Shown: piece by piece, positions 26,545 through 38,720 of the stretch
How the letters are laid out: every line of letters begins with the position of its first letter
How positions within the stretch are numbered: position 1 is the stretch's first letter
Origin: Stegostoma tigrinum
Taxonomy: Eukaryota
Reading direction: 5' to 3'
DNA length: 64,000 nucleotides
Assembly (NCBI RefSeq): GCF_030684315.1
Contig: NC_081387.1
Location: 28,019,771 to 28,083,770, forward strand
Translations under genes and position numbers: made by a program
The notes under the pieces: model-generated
Seen by the model: only the letters and a program-made list of their open reading frames with translations
Databases searched by the model: none
What the model was told of the DNA's origin: nothing

Positions 26545-27790
26545 GTGTGAAGCTGGATGAATACCGCAGTCCAAGCAGCATCAGAGGAGCAGGAAAGCTT
26601 GACGTTTTGGGTCAGGACCCTTCATCAGAAATGGGGGAGGGGAAGGGGATTCTGAAATAGGGAGATGAGGGAGGTGGATAGAGGATGGATAAAGAGGAAC
26701 CAGACAGTTCAAGGAGGTGGTGTTAGAGCCAGTGAAGGTGAATGTAGGCGGAGAGTTGGGGGTGGATAGGTCAGTCCGGGGGGGTGGGTGGGGTGTGCGG
26801 GTTGAGGTTAGTAGGTGGGGGGTGGGGGTGGGGCTTGAGGTGGGAGGAATGGATAGGGAGGCAGGAACTAGCTGGCCTGGTTTTGGCATGTAGTTGGGGG
26901 AGGGGAGATTTGAAGCTTGTGAAGTCCACATTGATACCATGGGGCTGCAGACTTTCCAAGTGGAATATGAGATGCTGTTCCTGCAACCTTCGGGTGGCAT
27001 CATTGTGGCACTGCAGGAGGCCCAGGATGGACGTGTCATCCGAGGAGTTGGAGGTGGGGAATTGAAATGGTTCGCGACTGGGAGGTGCAGTTGTTTATTG
27101 CAAACAGAGCAGAGGTGTTCTGCAAAGTGGTCCCCCAAGCCTCCGCTTGGTTTCCCCAATGTGGAGGAGGCCACAACAGGAACAGTGGATGCAGTATACC
27201 ACATTGACAGATGTGCAGGTGAACATCTGTCTGATGTGAAAAGTCTTCTCAGGGTCTGGGATGGGGGTGAGGGGGGAGGTATAGGGGCAGGTGTAGCACT
27301 TCATGCTGTTGCAGGGATGGTGGGGCTGCGGTGTGGAGTGAACATGGGAGTCACAGAGAGAGTGGTCCCTCTGGAAAGCACATAAGGGTGGGAGGGAAAA
27401 ATGTCTGGTGGTGGGGTCGGTTTGCAGATGGCGGAAATGTCGGAGGATGATGTGTTGGATTTGGAGGTTGGTGGGGTGGTATGTGAGGACTAGGGGGATT
27501 CTGTTTTGGCTATTGTGTATAGGGGCTGTGAGGGATGAGTTGCGGGAAATGCGGGAGACACCGTCGAGGGCATTTTTGATCACTGTGGAAGGGATGTTGC
27601 GGTTTTTGAGAAAAGAGGACAGCCGGGATGTTCGGGAGTGGAATGCCTCATCTCGGGAGCAGATGTGGCGGAGGTGAAGGAATTTGGAATAGGGGCTGGC
27701 ATTTTTACAGGAAGGTGGGTGAGAGGAGGAATATTACAGGTAGTTATGGGAGTTTGTAGGTTTTAAATGGATATCGGTTTACAGGAAGTT
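26545..27790 (-). mobile_element. Degenerate Penelope-like element (GIY-YIG region and 3' terminal repeat)
   Basis: Frameshifted copy of the 27995-29310 element (RIPLVLTYHPTNL, FTCTSVNVVYCIHCSCCGLLHIGETKRRLG), in inverted orientation. Confidence 0.88.
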
Positions 27791-27994
27791 GGGCAGTTCC
27801 TACTATCTCAGTTTGAATATGTTTGGTTGAAGAATTAGAGCGGAATTAAGGATTCTGGTTTTCATTCCTGAGGCGAATGGTTTCGGAACCACTTGAAAGG
27901 ACAGTGGATGCAGCAAATTCTTGTCGCAGTTGGAAACATTTATAGCTGAAGGGATAACTCCTCCATATTGAGTGTTCCCTGAAAATCTCTCCAC

Positions 27995-29310
27995 GACTCC
28001 CACAGCTACCTAGAATACACCTCCTCCCACCCACCCTCCTGCAAAAACTCCATCCCCTATTCCCAATTCCTCCGCCTCCGCCGCATCTGCTCCCACGATA
28101 AGACATTCCACTCCCGCACGTCCCAGATGTCCAAGTTCTTTAAGGACCGCAACTTCACCCCCACGGTGATTGAGAACGCCCTTGACCGTGTCTCCCGCAT
28201 TTCCCGCGACACATCCCTCACACCCCGCCCCCGCCACAACCGCCCCAAGAGGATCCCCCTCGTTCTCACACACCACCCTACCAACCTCCGGATACAACGC
28301 ATTATCCTCCGACACTTCCGCCATTTACAATCCGACCCCACCACCCAAGACATTTTTCCATCCCCACCCCTGTCTGCTTTCCGGAGAGACCACTCTCTCC
28401 GTGACTCCCTTGTTCGCTCCACACTGCCCTCCAACCCCACCACACCCGGCACCTTCCCCTGCAACCGCAGGAAATGCTACACTTGTCCCCACACCTCCTC
28501 CCTCACCCCCATCCCAGGCCCCAAGATGACATTCCACATTAAGCAGAGGTTCACCTGCACATCTGCCAATGTGGTATACTGCATCCACTGTACCCGGTGC
28601 GGCTTTCTCTACATTGGGGAAACCAAGCGGAGGCTTGGGGACCGCTTTGCAGAACACCTCCGCTCAGTTCGCAACAAACAACTGCACCTCCCAGTCGCAA
28701 ACCATTTCCACTCCCCCTCCCATTCTCTTGATGACATGTCCATCATGGGCCTCCTGCACTGCCACAATGATGCCACCCGAAGGTTGCAGGAACAGCAACT
28801 CATATTCCGCCTGGGAACCCTGCAGCCTAATGGTATCAATGTGGACTTCACCAGCTTCAAAATCTCCCCTTCCCCCACTGCATCCCTAAACCAGCCCAGT
28901 TCATCCCCTCCCCCCACTGCACCACACAACCAGCCCAGCTCTTCCCCCCCACCCACTGCATCCCAAAACCAGTCCAACCTGTCTCTGCCTCCCTAACCGG
29001 TTCTTCCTCTCACCCATCCCTTCCTCCCACCCCCAGCCGCACCCCCAGCTACCTACTAACCTCATCCCACCTCCTTGACCTGTCCGTCTTCCCTGGACTG
29101 ACCTATCCCCTCCCTACCTCCCCACCTACACCCTCTCCACCTATCTTCTTTGCTCTCCATCTTCGGTCCGCCTCCCCCTCTCTCCCTATTTATTCCAGTT
29201 CCCTCCCCCCATCCCCCTCTCTGATGAAAGGTCTAGGCCCGAAACGTCAGCTTTTGTGCTCCTGAGATGCTGCTTGGCCTGCTGTGTTCATCCAGCCTCA
29301 CATTTTATTA
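27995..29310 (+). mobile_element. Young 5'-truncated Penelope-like retroelement: RT thumb, CCHH linker and GIY-YIG endonuclease (ORF open to 28996), plus 3' terminal repeat
   Basis: HSYLEYTSSHP...IPYSQFLRLRRICS, PCNRRKCYTC and FTCTSANVVYCIHCTRCGFLYIGETKRRLGDRFAEH...LGTLQPNGIN with no stops. Hammerhead-like core at ~29221. Confidence 0.93.
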
Positions 29311-30029
29311 TATAGAGAGAGCTGTTAGGTTAACCTGAGTCTAAAGGTTCGTCTGCCTCAGCCACTGCCTCAACACAATTGGATGCTGGAGTAGGGCATA
29401 GCCCATTGTCTGGGACAACTTCTCAGCTGCAGGTTAATGAGCAGGAATCTATAACAGAATCAGAACAGACCTGAGAGACCCAAACAGGGATACCTGTGCT
29501 GACTTATGAGCTTAGCTTGGTGGAATGTTGATCCCATGAATCCTGAGTGCTGAGCTTATTGCTTTGATCTCTACTGTATGAACACCCTCAAGCTTTGTTA
29601 TTTATAGACTGGCAGTGACCTGCAGAATGTTGGATGTCTCTGTGATTTCTCATCTCCTGCGTCCATCTCCTTAGATAGTGAGGACCAACGTATTACCATT
29701 CACTGTTCTCTCCCTCCTCACTTTCCTTCACTCATGACTAAAACTTTAAACCTGTTCCAAACAAGTTGCTGAATTAAATGTTTAAAATGGAGAGGAGGAG
29801 GGGTTCTCCTTTCCACCTCTTTAACTGCAATAAGTAGTAATGGGTCAGTTTTGAGCTCAATTCACTCGAGTTTAAAAGAGTGAAGGAGGGTCAAGAAATC
29901 TAGAGAATTTCAACAGGATTGGACAGTGTTAACACAGGACGATCAGCAAATCCAGGGCCAGTGATCACAGTTTAAGCATATTGCAGTCGGACACTTAGGA
30001 CTAAGATGAGGAGAAATATATACAAAAAA

Positions 30030-30900
30030 CAAGAACTATTGATGCTGGAAATCAAACAAAAACAAAAATTGCTGGAAGAACTCAGCAGTTATGGCTTCAG
30101 CTGTAGAGAGAAAGCAGAGTTAATATTTCAGGTCCAGTGACCTTGCTTCAAAATTGCTTGTAGATTGGTAAACATTGATATATATGCTGAAGGTGGAGTG
30201 TTTGTGATAGCAGCCTACACGATGACAAGGCCTGGTGTGTGGGGAATGGGGTAAGGATATGGGAGAAGGTGCTCGGGCCCGAAAATGATGGAACTCAATA
30301 ACTAGTCCAAAGGCTGCAGGATTCCCAAATGGGAAATGACATGGTGTTCTTCCAACTTGCATTGAGCTTTGCTGGAACACTACCACAAGCCTGAGATACA
30401 GATGTTGACCAGGAAACAGGGTAATGTGTTGAAGTGGCAGGCAGCAGGAAGCTCAGGGTTTATTTTGTGGACAGAAATTAAATGTTCTGCAAAGCAGTCA
30501 CACAGTCTGAGCTTTGTTTCCCCAGTTGGGAGGGTGGGGGATGTTAGAAAGAGCGGAACATGGTGACCTAAGGGAATAGTCCTTGTGGAAGGCGGACATG
30601 GGAACAGAGGGGAATATATCTCTCATGATGTCATCTCGCTGGAGGTGGTGGAAATCACAGCTAATGATCCTCTGGATGTGGATGCTGGTGGGATGGGAGG
30701 TGAGCATGGGCAGGACCCTATTGTTGTGGCAGAGAAGAGGGTGTGAGGGCAGAAGTGTGTGTAATGGGTCAGACCCAGTTGAGGGCCCTGTCGATGGTGA
30801 AGGGGAGTCCTCGGTTGAGGAAGAAGATGGACATTTCAGAGGCCCCCTTGTCAAAGTTGTCATCACTGGAACAAATGCAATGGAGACAGAGGAACTGGGA
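30030..30900 (-). mobile_element. Old Penelope-like element fragment
   Basis: Minus-strand remnant HPTSIHIQRII..FHHLQRD..DIFPS resembles the 28127 ORF. Confidence 0.7.
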
Positions 30901-31244
30901 GAATGGAGAAATGAGAATGAGAAGAAATGTCTTCACCAGAGAGTAGTGAGCCTGTGGAATTCTCTACCACGGAAAACGGTTGAGGCCAAAACAATGAATG
31001 TTTTAAGAAGGAGTTGATATAGTTCTTGGGGCTAAAGGGATCGAAGGGTGTTGGGAGAAAGTAGGAATGTGGGACTGAGTTGGATGATCAGCTATAATCA
31101 TATTGAATGAAGGAGCAGATTTGAAGGGCTGAATGGCCTACTATCTTCTATGTTTGAAGGAATCGAGCTGGACAGCAGGGAGGTGTATCATTGGTACAGT
31201 ATTGTAATGAAAATGACTGTCCTAGAGACCATCCCCTGAGAAAA

Positions 31245-31470
31245 AGAACAGGAAATGACATCACCAATGCAGGAAATGACATCACCAACCCAAGGAAACC
31301 TAACCAGATAAATAGAAAGCGGGACATAACACCAGCGCTTCATTGGAGGCTCACTGATGATGTTACCTAGAATGGTGACGAAACGTCTGAAAACTAACCT
31401 TCCAGCTCAGTGAGCAAACTCACATCCAGAACCTCAACCTGAGCTACAAATCTTCTCAAAACTTGCTAAC
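31245..31470 (+). mobile_element. 3' terminal repeat of a second Penelope-like family
   Basis: Short direct repeat AGGAAATGACATCACCAA (x2) followed by an intact hammerhead motif. Confidence 0.6.
31351..31390 (+). ncRNA. Minimal type I hammerhead ribozyme motif
   Basis: TCA-CTGATGA-T-GTTACC(tagaat)GGTGAC-GAAAC-GTC-TGA: both core boxes, a 6-bp stem II, a 3-bp stem I and a GUC cleavage triplet at 31385-31387. Confidence 0.75.
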
Positions 31471-32789
31471 AAGTCATTGAATTGGTGTCAGTCAGCAAAG
31501 GTGCAAAATGATTCAGTTCTCACAGTTCTGTGGCCCCTTGGATACAGGATGGGAGCCGGAAAGAGAAGTTTATGTCAGTTTAGATACAGCTTGGTACTGT
31601 AGAGGATTGAAGAAAGAGAAAGGACATTAAACTTAACAGCAAATATCATTGGATAATCAGTTCCCAATCTTGGTCACCTTACAGCCATGTTTCTGTGGTA
31701 GAAATCAAATTATATCCATTTCCCTTAATTTGTGCATTCAAATTGCTGACCCATGACTTATTGCCAATGACCCCCTGCCTGATGGGTGACTTCATGACCT
31801 TTGGTGATGACCGGTCCACTAAGCCTGTGACACTCAGCTTCCTGCCTCCTGCCTCCTGCCCATGCATTTCTTGGCTGTTTAATTGACAATTCACTGCTGC
31901 CCAGCCAACAAGAATCTTGCCCCATTACTTGTGAAAAGCATAAAAGATGAAATGAGAAATTCCAGACGATATGGACCGCACTGGTCTTTTTGCCTGAATC
32001 TGCCACACACCTTGCTTTAGCCCACATCTGTCAGACTCCTGTACAATTCTGCTCCGAGACATCCTGCAGCTTTACTATTTCACGTGAAGCAATTAGACAG
32101 AACTCCACATTGTATTCTAGGAATCATATCTTTATTCCACCTCCTAGAAATTACAATGAAAGCTGTTGTGTAATTGCTTGCAAATATGTCATATTTGGGC
32201 TCATGTCTGTACCTTCCTTGTGTCCACCGATCTCCAGAGTATTTGGGAGAATGGTGAGGGGTTTGCCTTTTCCTTCTTAAAATATTCCTCCCTCCAGAAT
32301 ACAGGAACCACCCCCCCCTCACCCCCACTCACCCCAGTTAATATCCTCCAGCTTTCACAAAGCAGAGAAAACGGAACAAATGGAAAATCAAACAGAGAGC
32401 GGTTTTCTGAACTTGGATTCAGATCGGTTCATTCTTGTCATGAGGCTGTCACCACAGCAGCCACTGTGGCAAGTCAGTCGTGTGTTTCTCTGGGAAGCTG
32501 ACTTACTCATTACCCTGCCTCATGTATTGCAGACAGCTAACACTTGCACAGCATGGGGCACAGAGCTGAGCTAAAGCCTCTGCCCTCCAGCCTTTACCAT
32601 GGGTTCTGCCTTTGTGACCAACAGGAGCCAAGCCTGAAGGAGAGAGGACTGAAACCCAGAGCACAAACTGAGGTGCCTGCAAACCTCCACCGCTAAATAA
32701 AATTCAAATCTTTGTAACAGGAGGAAGCCACTGAAGATTATCCCCACGCCTGGGTTTCTTAAGCTTCTTCTCCTCAGTTGAATTGTACA

Positions 32790-32864
32790 TCAGGTCTCTG
32801 ACGGTCCAGCAACTTCTTTCTCATGATCCGTTTCACTCTCTTCATCCTCGTCCTGGTAGCTTCT
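32790..32864 (-). CDS. Ig-5TM gene: terminal coding exon (acidic cytoplasmic tail)
   Basis: Acceptor tcttcccccaacacag|AGA, phase 0. Encodes RSYQDEDEESETDHEKEVAGPSET*. Minus-strand AATAAA at 32131-32136. Confidence 0.6.
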   Translation of the reverse strand, partial: RSYQDEDEESETDHEKEVAGPSET

Positions 32865-33369
32865 CTGTGTTGGGGGAAGACAATTACAACATGGTAAGAA
32901 ATTGATTAAGACAGTCTCAAAGTTCATTCAACATTTATTTCACAGACCTCCCTGACTGTTACACATCATCGGGTTAGAGCAGCTCTCTACTTTCACTATT
33001 CTCTTGCATTCTCTACAAATGAAACTATTGGCCAGGAACTGATTGCCGTGTGCAGAGGGTTGAGAGTCTTTGGAACTCCTTGCCATAGAGAGCTCTGGAG
33101 GAAGAGTCCTTGGGTCTAGTTAAGGCTGAGATCAAGAGATTCTTGATCAGTCAGGGAATCGAGGGAAAGGAAATTGGATGTGAGGAATGTTGCAACAGCC
33201 ATGCTCCTATTGAGTGGTGAACAGGCTCAAGGGGCAAAATGACCTACTCCTGCTCCTATTTTTTCATGGTCTTACAGCACTATTCTAACGAAGAGCATGA
33301 CAATGCCTCTGGGGTTCTCATCACTACTTATCCCTCAATCAGCATCACAAAAAACAAAGCTGATCATTA

Positions 33370-34230
33370 CCATCTCACTGTTTGTGGGAGCTGCCTGTCT
33401 GCATATTGACTGTCAGCCTAAGCCTGGGTATTGTCCAGGTCTTGTTACATTTAGGCACGGACTGCTTTAGTATCTGAGGAGCTGTGAATGGTGCTGACCC
33501 TTGTGCAATCATGAACAATGATGGAGGAAAGGTCATTGGTGAAGCAGCTGAAGATGGTTGATTTTCTTGTGATAAACTGGTAATGGTCCCAATTGAGGGA
33601 TCATTCAAGCTCCTACCTGCTCTGGAAGCATCACAACATGTCTGAAGCTGAGATGACTGACCAACAAGAAACCACCTTCCCCTGTGTCAGGTATGACTCC
33701 AAGCATCAGAGAGTTAGTCCCCCGATACCCATTGATACCAGTTTTGCTAGAGCTCCTTGATGCCACACTTGGTCAAAGGCAGCTTTGATATCAAGGGCTG
33801 TCACTCTCACCTCACCTCTGGAATCTCTTTTGTCCCTGTGTGAACTAAGGGCGTAATGAGGTCAGGAGCTGAGTGGGCCTGGCAGGACCCAGCCCTGGGC
33901 ATCACTGAGCAGGTTATTGCTGAGCAGGTGCTGCTTGATAGTGACACCTTCCATCACTTTACTGATGATCGAGAGGAGACTGATGAGGCAGGAATTGGCG
34001 GGTTGGAGTTGTCCTGTTTCTTTCACAATTTTCAATTTTCCACAATGTCGGGTAGATACCAGTGTCATAACTGTACTGGAACAGGTTGGCCAGGGGAGTG
34101 GTAAGTTCTGGAGCACAAGTTTTCGGTGCTATTGCTGGAATGTTGTCGGGGCCCATAGCCTTTGCAGTATCCAGTGCCTTTCTTGAAATCATGCTGAGTG
34201 TGCTGAATTGGCTGTAGGCTGGTATCTGTG
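33370..34230 (-). mobile_element. Degenerate LINE RT fragment (same family as 12330-14200)
   Basis: ALDTAKAMGPDNIPAI..KTCAPELTTPLANLFQYSYDTGIYPTLWK. Confidence 0.8.
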
Positions 34231-35034
34231 ATAAAAACCAAAGAACTGCAGATGCTGTAAATCAGGAACAAAAACAAAGTTGCTGGAAAAGCTCAGCAGG
34301 TCTGGCAGCATCTGTGAAGGAGAAAACAGAGTTAACATTTCCGGTCCGGCGACTGTTCCTCAGAACTGATAGTGGCTGTGGGAAAACATCAGTTTATAAG
34401 CAGAAAATAGGGAGGTGTGTAGGATAGGGAGTAAACGATAGGATCGAGTCCAATGAGATCTGTGGTGCTGGGAATCTGCATTTAGCTTCTGGTGACTTCT
34501 GAACAAGGGCACACAGGTTCTTCAACATTTAAAATATACTCTACACCTTCATTCCTCCTATTTAACCACATCATATTCCACCTGCCATGCTGTTGCCCAC
34601 TCACTCAACACCCTTGAAGCTTCTTCAAATGTTCCTCACAATCCTACAAAGTTGTTGTCATCTGTAAACTTGGAAATATCACAATTTGTCGTCACATCCA
34701 GTTCATTGATCAGCTGGGGCCTAATTCTTTTGGTAGCCCACCAGTCACAGCCTACCAATGCAAGAATAACCCATTCATTCCTCCTCTCTGTTTTCTGCTT
34801 GTTAACTAATCCATAGTTTAATGCTGGTAAATCCCGTGTGCTGTAAATTTATTTAATAGCCTCCTATGTGGGCCTCCTGAAAATATAAATGCACCACATC
34901 CACTTGTTTTCCTTACTGATTCTGCTAGTAACATTTACAAAAAACTATCATGGTGTCAAACATGATTCCCTCTTCACAAATCCATTTTGTCTCTGTCCAT
35001 TCAGATCATTGCTTTCTTGATATCCAGTGATTGA

Positions 35035-35063
35035 TTGATAGATAGATAGATAGATAGATAGAT
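35035..35063. repeat. (GATA)n microsatellite
   Basis: Tandem GATA units. Confidence 0.95.
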
Positions 35064-35741
35064 AAGTACAGCACAGTGCAGGCCCTTCAGCCCATGATGT
35101 TGTGCCATGGAATAATCCTAATCCAGAAATAAAATAACCTAACCTACATTCCCCTCAATTCACTGCTGTCCATGTGCATGTCCAGCAGTAATGTCACTAA
35201 TGACTCCATGACTACCACTGGCAAACTATTCCATGCTGACAACTCTGTGGGTGAAGGACCTCCCTCTGACGTCTCCTCTATACCTTCCTCCTAACACCTT
35301 AAAACTATGACCCCTTGTGGAAGTCAGTCCTGCCCTGGGGAAAAGTCTCTGGCTAATCTCATCCTTTATTCGATTCTAGTACTTTCCCAAGTCTGATATC
35401 AGATTAACAGGTCTGCAGCTTCCTATTTCCTTTCTTCTTTCTTTTCTTAAACAATGCAGTTCCAATCTGCAGGCACCATTGTAAATGAAATTGAAGTTTT
35501 AAAGATGATCACTAATGCGTCCTCTATCTCTGTCACCATCTCCTAAATTGGAGATATACCATACCATCACTATAAGGTGAAAGTCAGTGGCACCTGAATC
35601 TGTCACCCTCCATCCTGATTAATTTCTCAGTTCTACACTTTGGCTAATACTAATTTCTTCCAATTCCTCCCTTGGATCTCCATTGTTTCAGTGAGAATCT
35701 TTGCATCTTCTTCCATGAGAACAGACACAAATAATTCTGTG

Positions 35742-35947
35742 AGAGATAATGGGAACTGCAGATGCTGGAGAATCCGAGATAATAAAGTGTGAAGCTGGAT
35801 GAACACAGCAGGCCAAGCAGCATCTCAGGAGCACAAAAGCTGACGTTTCGGGCTCTCTGATGAAGGGTCTAGGCCCGAAACGTCAGCTTTTGTGCTCCTG
35901 AGATGCTGCTTGGCCTGCTGTGTTCATCCAGCCTCACATTTTATTAC
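35742..35947. mobile_element. Inverted pair of Penelope terminal repeats (palindrome)
   Basis: GCTGGATGAACACAGCAGGCCAAGCAGCATCTCAGGAGCACAAAAGCTGACGTTTCGGGC is followed by its reverse complement after a short spacer containing CTGATGA. Confidence 0.85.
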
Positions 35948-36920
35948 AAACAATTCTGTGCTATTTCTCTGTTACCATAATAAACTCCTGTCTCTGTCTA
36001 TACTACAACAGCACATGTCTTTGCTAATCTCTTCAGTTTCACATCTGCAGAGGCTTTTACAATTCATTTCAGTGTTCTTTCTCCTCCATTAATTTACATT
36101 TATAATTTATTTGCATTTTCTTTAGCATTTTTTGGTCTTACTTTGCTAGATTCTAAAATTCTCAATCCTCAGGTTTTTGGCAACTTTATAAGCTGCATCC
36201 TTTGTCTTTAGCTTCTTTTTTGGCCACAATTCTTTCACTTTTCCTCCTGGATATTTTTGCCTTTTTTGTTGAAAGGCAAAGTCTTTTTTAAGAAAGAAAA
36301 CTACCCTTGCTGATCTACCATCAAAGGTTCTTGTGTATTTTTCCAAACCACCACAGCCAACTTCATTGATACGATGCTCACAGTCCCCTAAAGGTTCTTT
36401 TACAACAAACAAATTAATGAACATTTCTCATTGCACAATACCAGATTTAAGACAGACACTGTTGACTGCTACATCCTGTACTTCAACTTCATTCACTGTC
36501 CTCTAGTTCCCATTGCGTTTTACTTGTCTTCAGAGCAGTGCTTTAATCATTGACATCTTTTCCATGGCTTCTGGAGTTTTCCTGTGTTGAATGCTCCAAT
36601 GTGCTGTCACAGTGGTCCCAGACTCTGCTGGCCTTATAATCCAGCAAATTCCTCCTCACTCACTCACCAACTGAATCTGCCACCCTGCTGGTAATTTCCC
36701 AGCAGTGGGAATGTTACTGTTTCCAGTCTTTGTGGAATGGTCTTTGTAAGGTGGCCACTGATTGTTAGAATTCAGTATCACCAAAGAGGATAATGTAAAT
36801 CTGCTGGTGGGAAATCCTGCAGGCAAAATGTGTCACTTACTTTTTGATGACTACTTGCATCGACGAGTTATGGGAACTGTCACTTGGACAAATAAACAAA
36901 TCAATCATGGAAATTAGCTT

Positions 36921-37130
36921 AACAAAGTGTGGAGCTGGATGAACACAGCAGACCAAGCAGCATCTTAAGAGCAAAAAAGCTGACGTTTCGGCCTAGACCC
37001 TTCATCAGAGGGTCTAGGCCCAAAATGTCAGCTTTTGTGCTCCTGAGATGCTGCTTGGCCTGCTGTGTTCATCCAGCTCCACACTTTGTTACCTTGGATT
37101 CTCCAGCATCTGTAGTTTCCATTGTCTCTG
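36921..37130. mobile_element. Inverted pair of Penelope terminal repeats (palindrome)
   Basis: Same arrangement as 35742-35947. Confidence 0.85.
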
Positions 37131-37893
37131 ATGGAAATTAGCTTTTTTTTATGTATAGATCTGTTAATATAATTTGATCATTGGGATTAAAACAATGTAT
37201 TGTTTCATTAATGGCTAGATTGAAAAGGACAGCCCAATTTTTTTCTGTATTTTTGAAGATCACCACAAGAATGCTTCACGTTTGACTCTGTAATATATTA
37301 ATAGAAGTGTCCAGTTTTAAAAGATCCAAATAGCACACTGTCACATTTGTTTTCTTTGGAAAACATTTTGCTGTCAGTGCCAAGAATTCCACTTCAGACT
37401 GTGAGTTAGATATCATTTTCAACTCAACCTGAGGAAATTAAAAGGAGCATCGCTGGCACTTCTAGGAAATTCCTCCAGCGTAAAACCTTTTATCTGAGTG
37501 TGATGATGGAAACACCCAATAGTAAGTCTGTGTTCATATTTTTTCCACAGTCTGGATTCCTGGTGGCTGCTGGATGAAGCTCAGGTGCGCTCCAAGCAAT
37601 GCGAATTCAACAAGGTTACACTCCTGGGTGAAATCGCTTAACTATTTAAACATTCACTCCAGTGCTTCTCAAGTGGGGAGAATATTAAGTAGATTTTGAA
37701 ATATTTATCTTTGGAAATTTTGGGGAGGAAATCGTCCATAACGCTCTTCAATAACATTAAAACACAGAAGTGAAACCATCAGTCATTGTCATATATAATT
37801 TTTTTTAAAAAATCATCAAATTTGCAAACTCATGAAGGAACAGTTGAGGGTATAGCAATTATGTAACAGCAAAGTTTGAGTAAAAGTAATTAC

Positions 37894-37925
37894 CTGACTT
37901 TCTTTTATCAATTCGGTAAACTTTT
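37894..37925 (-). CDS. Ig-5TM gene: 32-nt cytoplasmic exon
   Basis: Strong acceptor ttgtttttctctttgtag|AA and donor CAG|gtaatt. Encodes (K)KFTELIKESQ, phase 1 to 0, bridging the TM5 exon and the terminal exon. Confidence 0.65.
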
Positions 37926-38149
37926 CTACAAAGAGAAAAACAAACCCATTCAGGAGAGCAAAAAGTTGCAGGTTTAAGTTCAAAGAGATTGGCTTATTCT
38001 GTTCTACCCTGGCTTGTTCTTTTACCTCTTCCCAAAGTGATTTCACTGTCAACATTTGTTTGCACTTAATCATAAAATGTAACTGGAACAACGGCAAGAT
38101 GGAATATTGCTGCCTTTTCAATATACACATAAATTAAAATGCCAATCTT

Positions 38150-38720
38150 ATAGGATTTGTGAAGTCATGTTGAGATCGTACAAGATACAGGTGAGGCTTC
38201 TTCTGAAATATTGTATGCAGTTCCAGTCACCCAGGTACAGGAAGGATATTATTAAGCTGGAGAGACTTCAGAAGAGATTTACCAGGATGTTGCCGGGTAT
38301 GGAAGGTTTGAATTATTAAGAAAGGCTGGAGAAGCTGGGACTTTTCCACTGGAGTTTAGGAGGTTGAGAGGTGAGCTTACAGAACTTCATGAAATAATGA
38401 GGGGCATAGATAGAGGTAATGTGCTTGTCTTTTCCCTAGAATTGGGGATTTTCAAGATTATGGGAGACATTTTTAATAAGAGACAGATTTAAAAAGATAT
38501 GAGGGCCAAATTTTTTACACAGAGTTTTTCCTGTTTAGAATGAACTTCCTGAGGATGTGGTGGATGTGTGGACAATTTCAACATTTAAAATATAGTTGGA
38601 TAAGTACATGAACAGCAAAGGTTTGGAGGGATATGGGCCAGGAGCAGGCAAGTTTAACTGGTTTAGTTTGAGATTATAGCTGACATGGACTGGAGGGTCT
38701 ATTTCTGTGCTGTCTGACTC
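38150..38720 (+). mobile_element. CR1 LINE 3' fragment
   Basis: YCMQFQSPRYRKDIIKLERLQKRFTRMLPGMEGLNY plus a CR1 3' tail. Confidence 0.85.
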
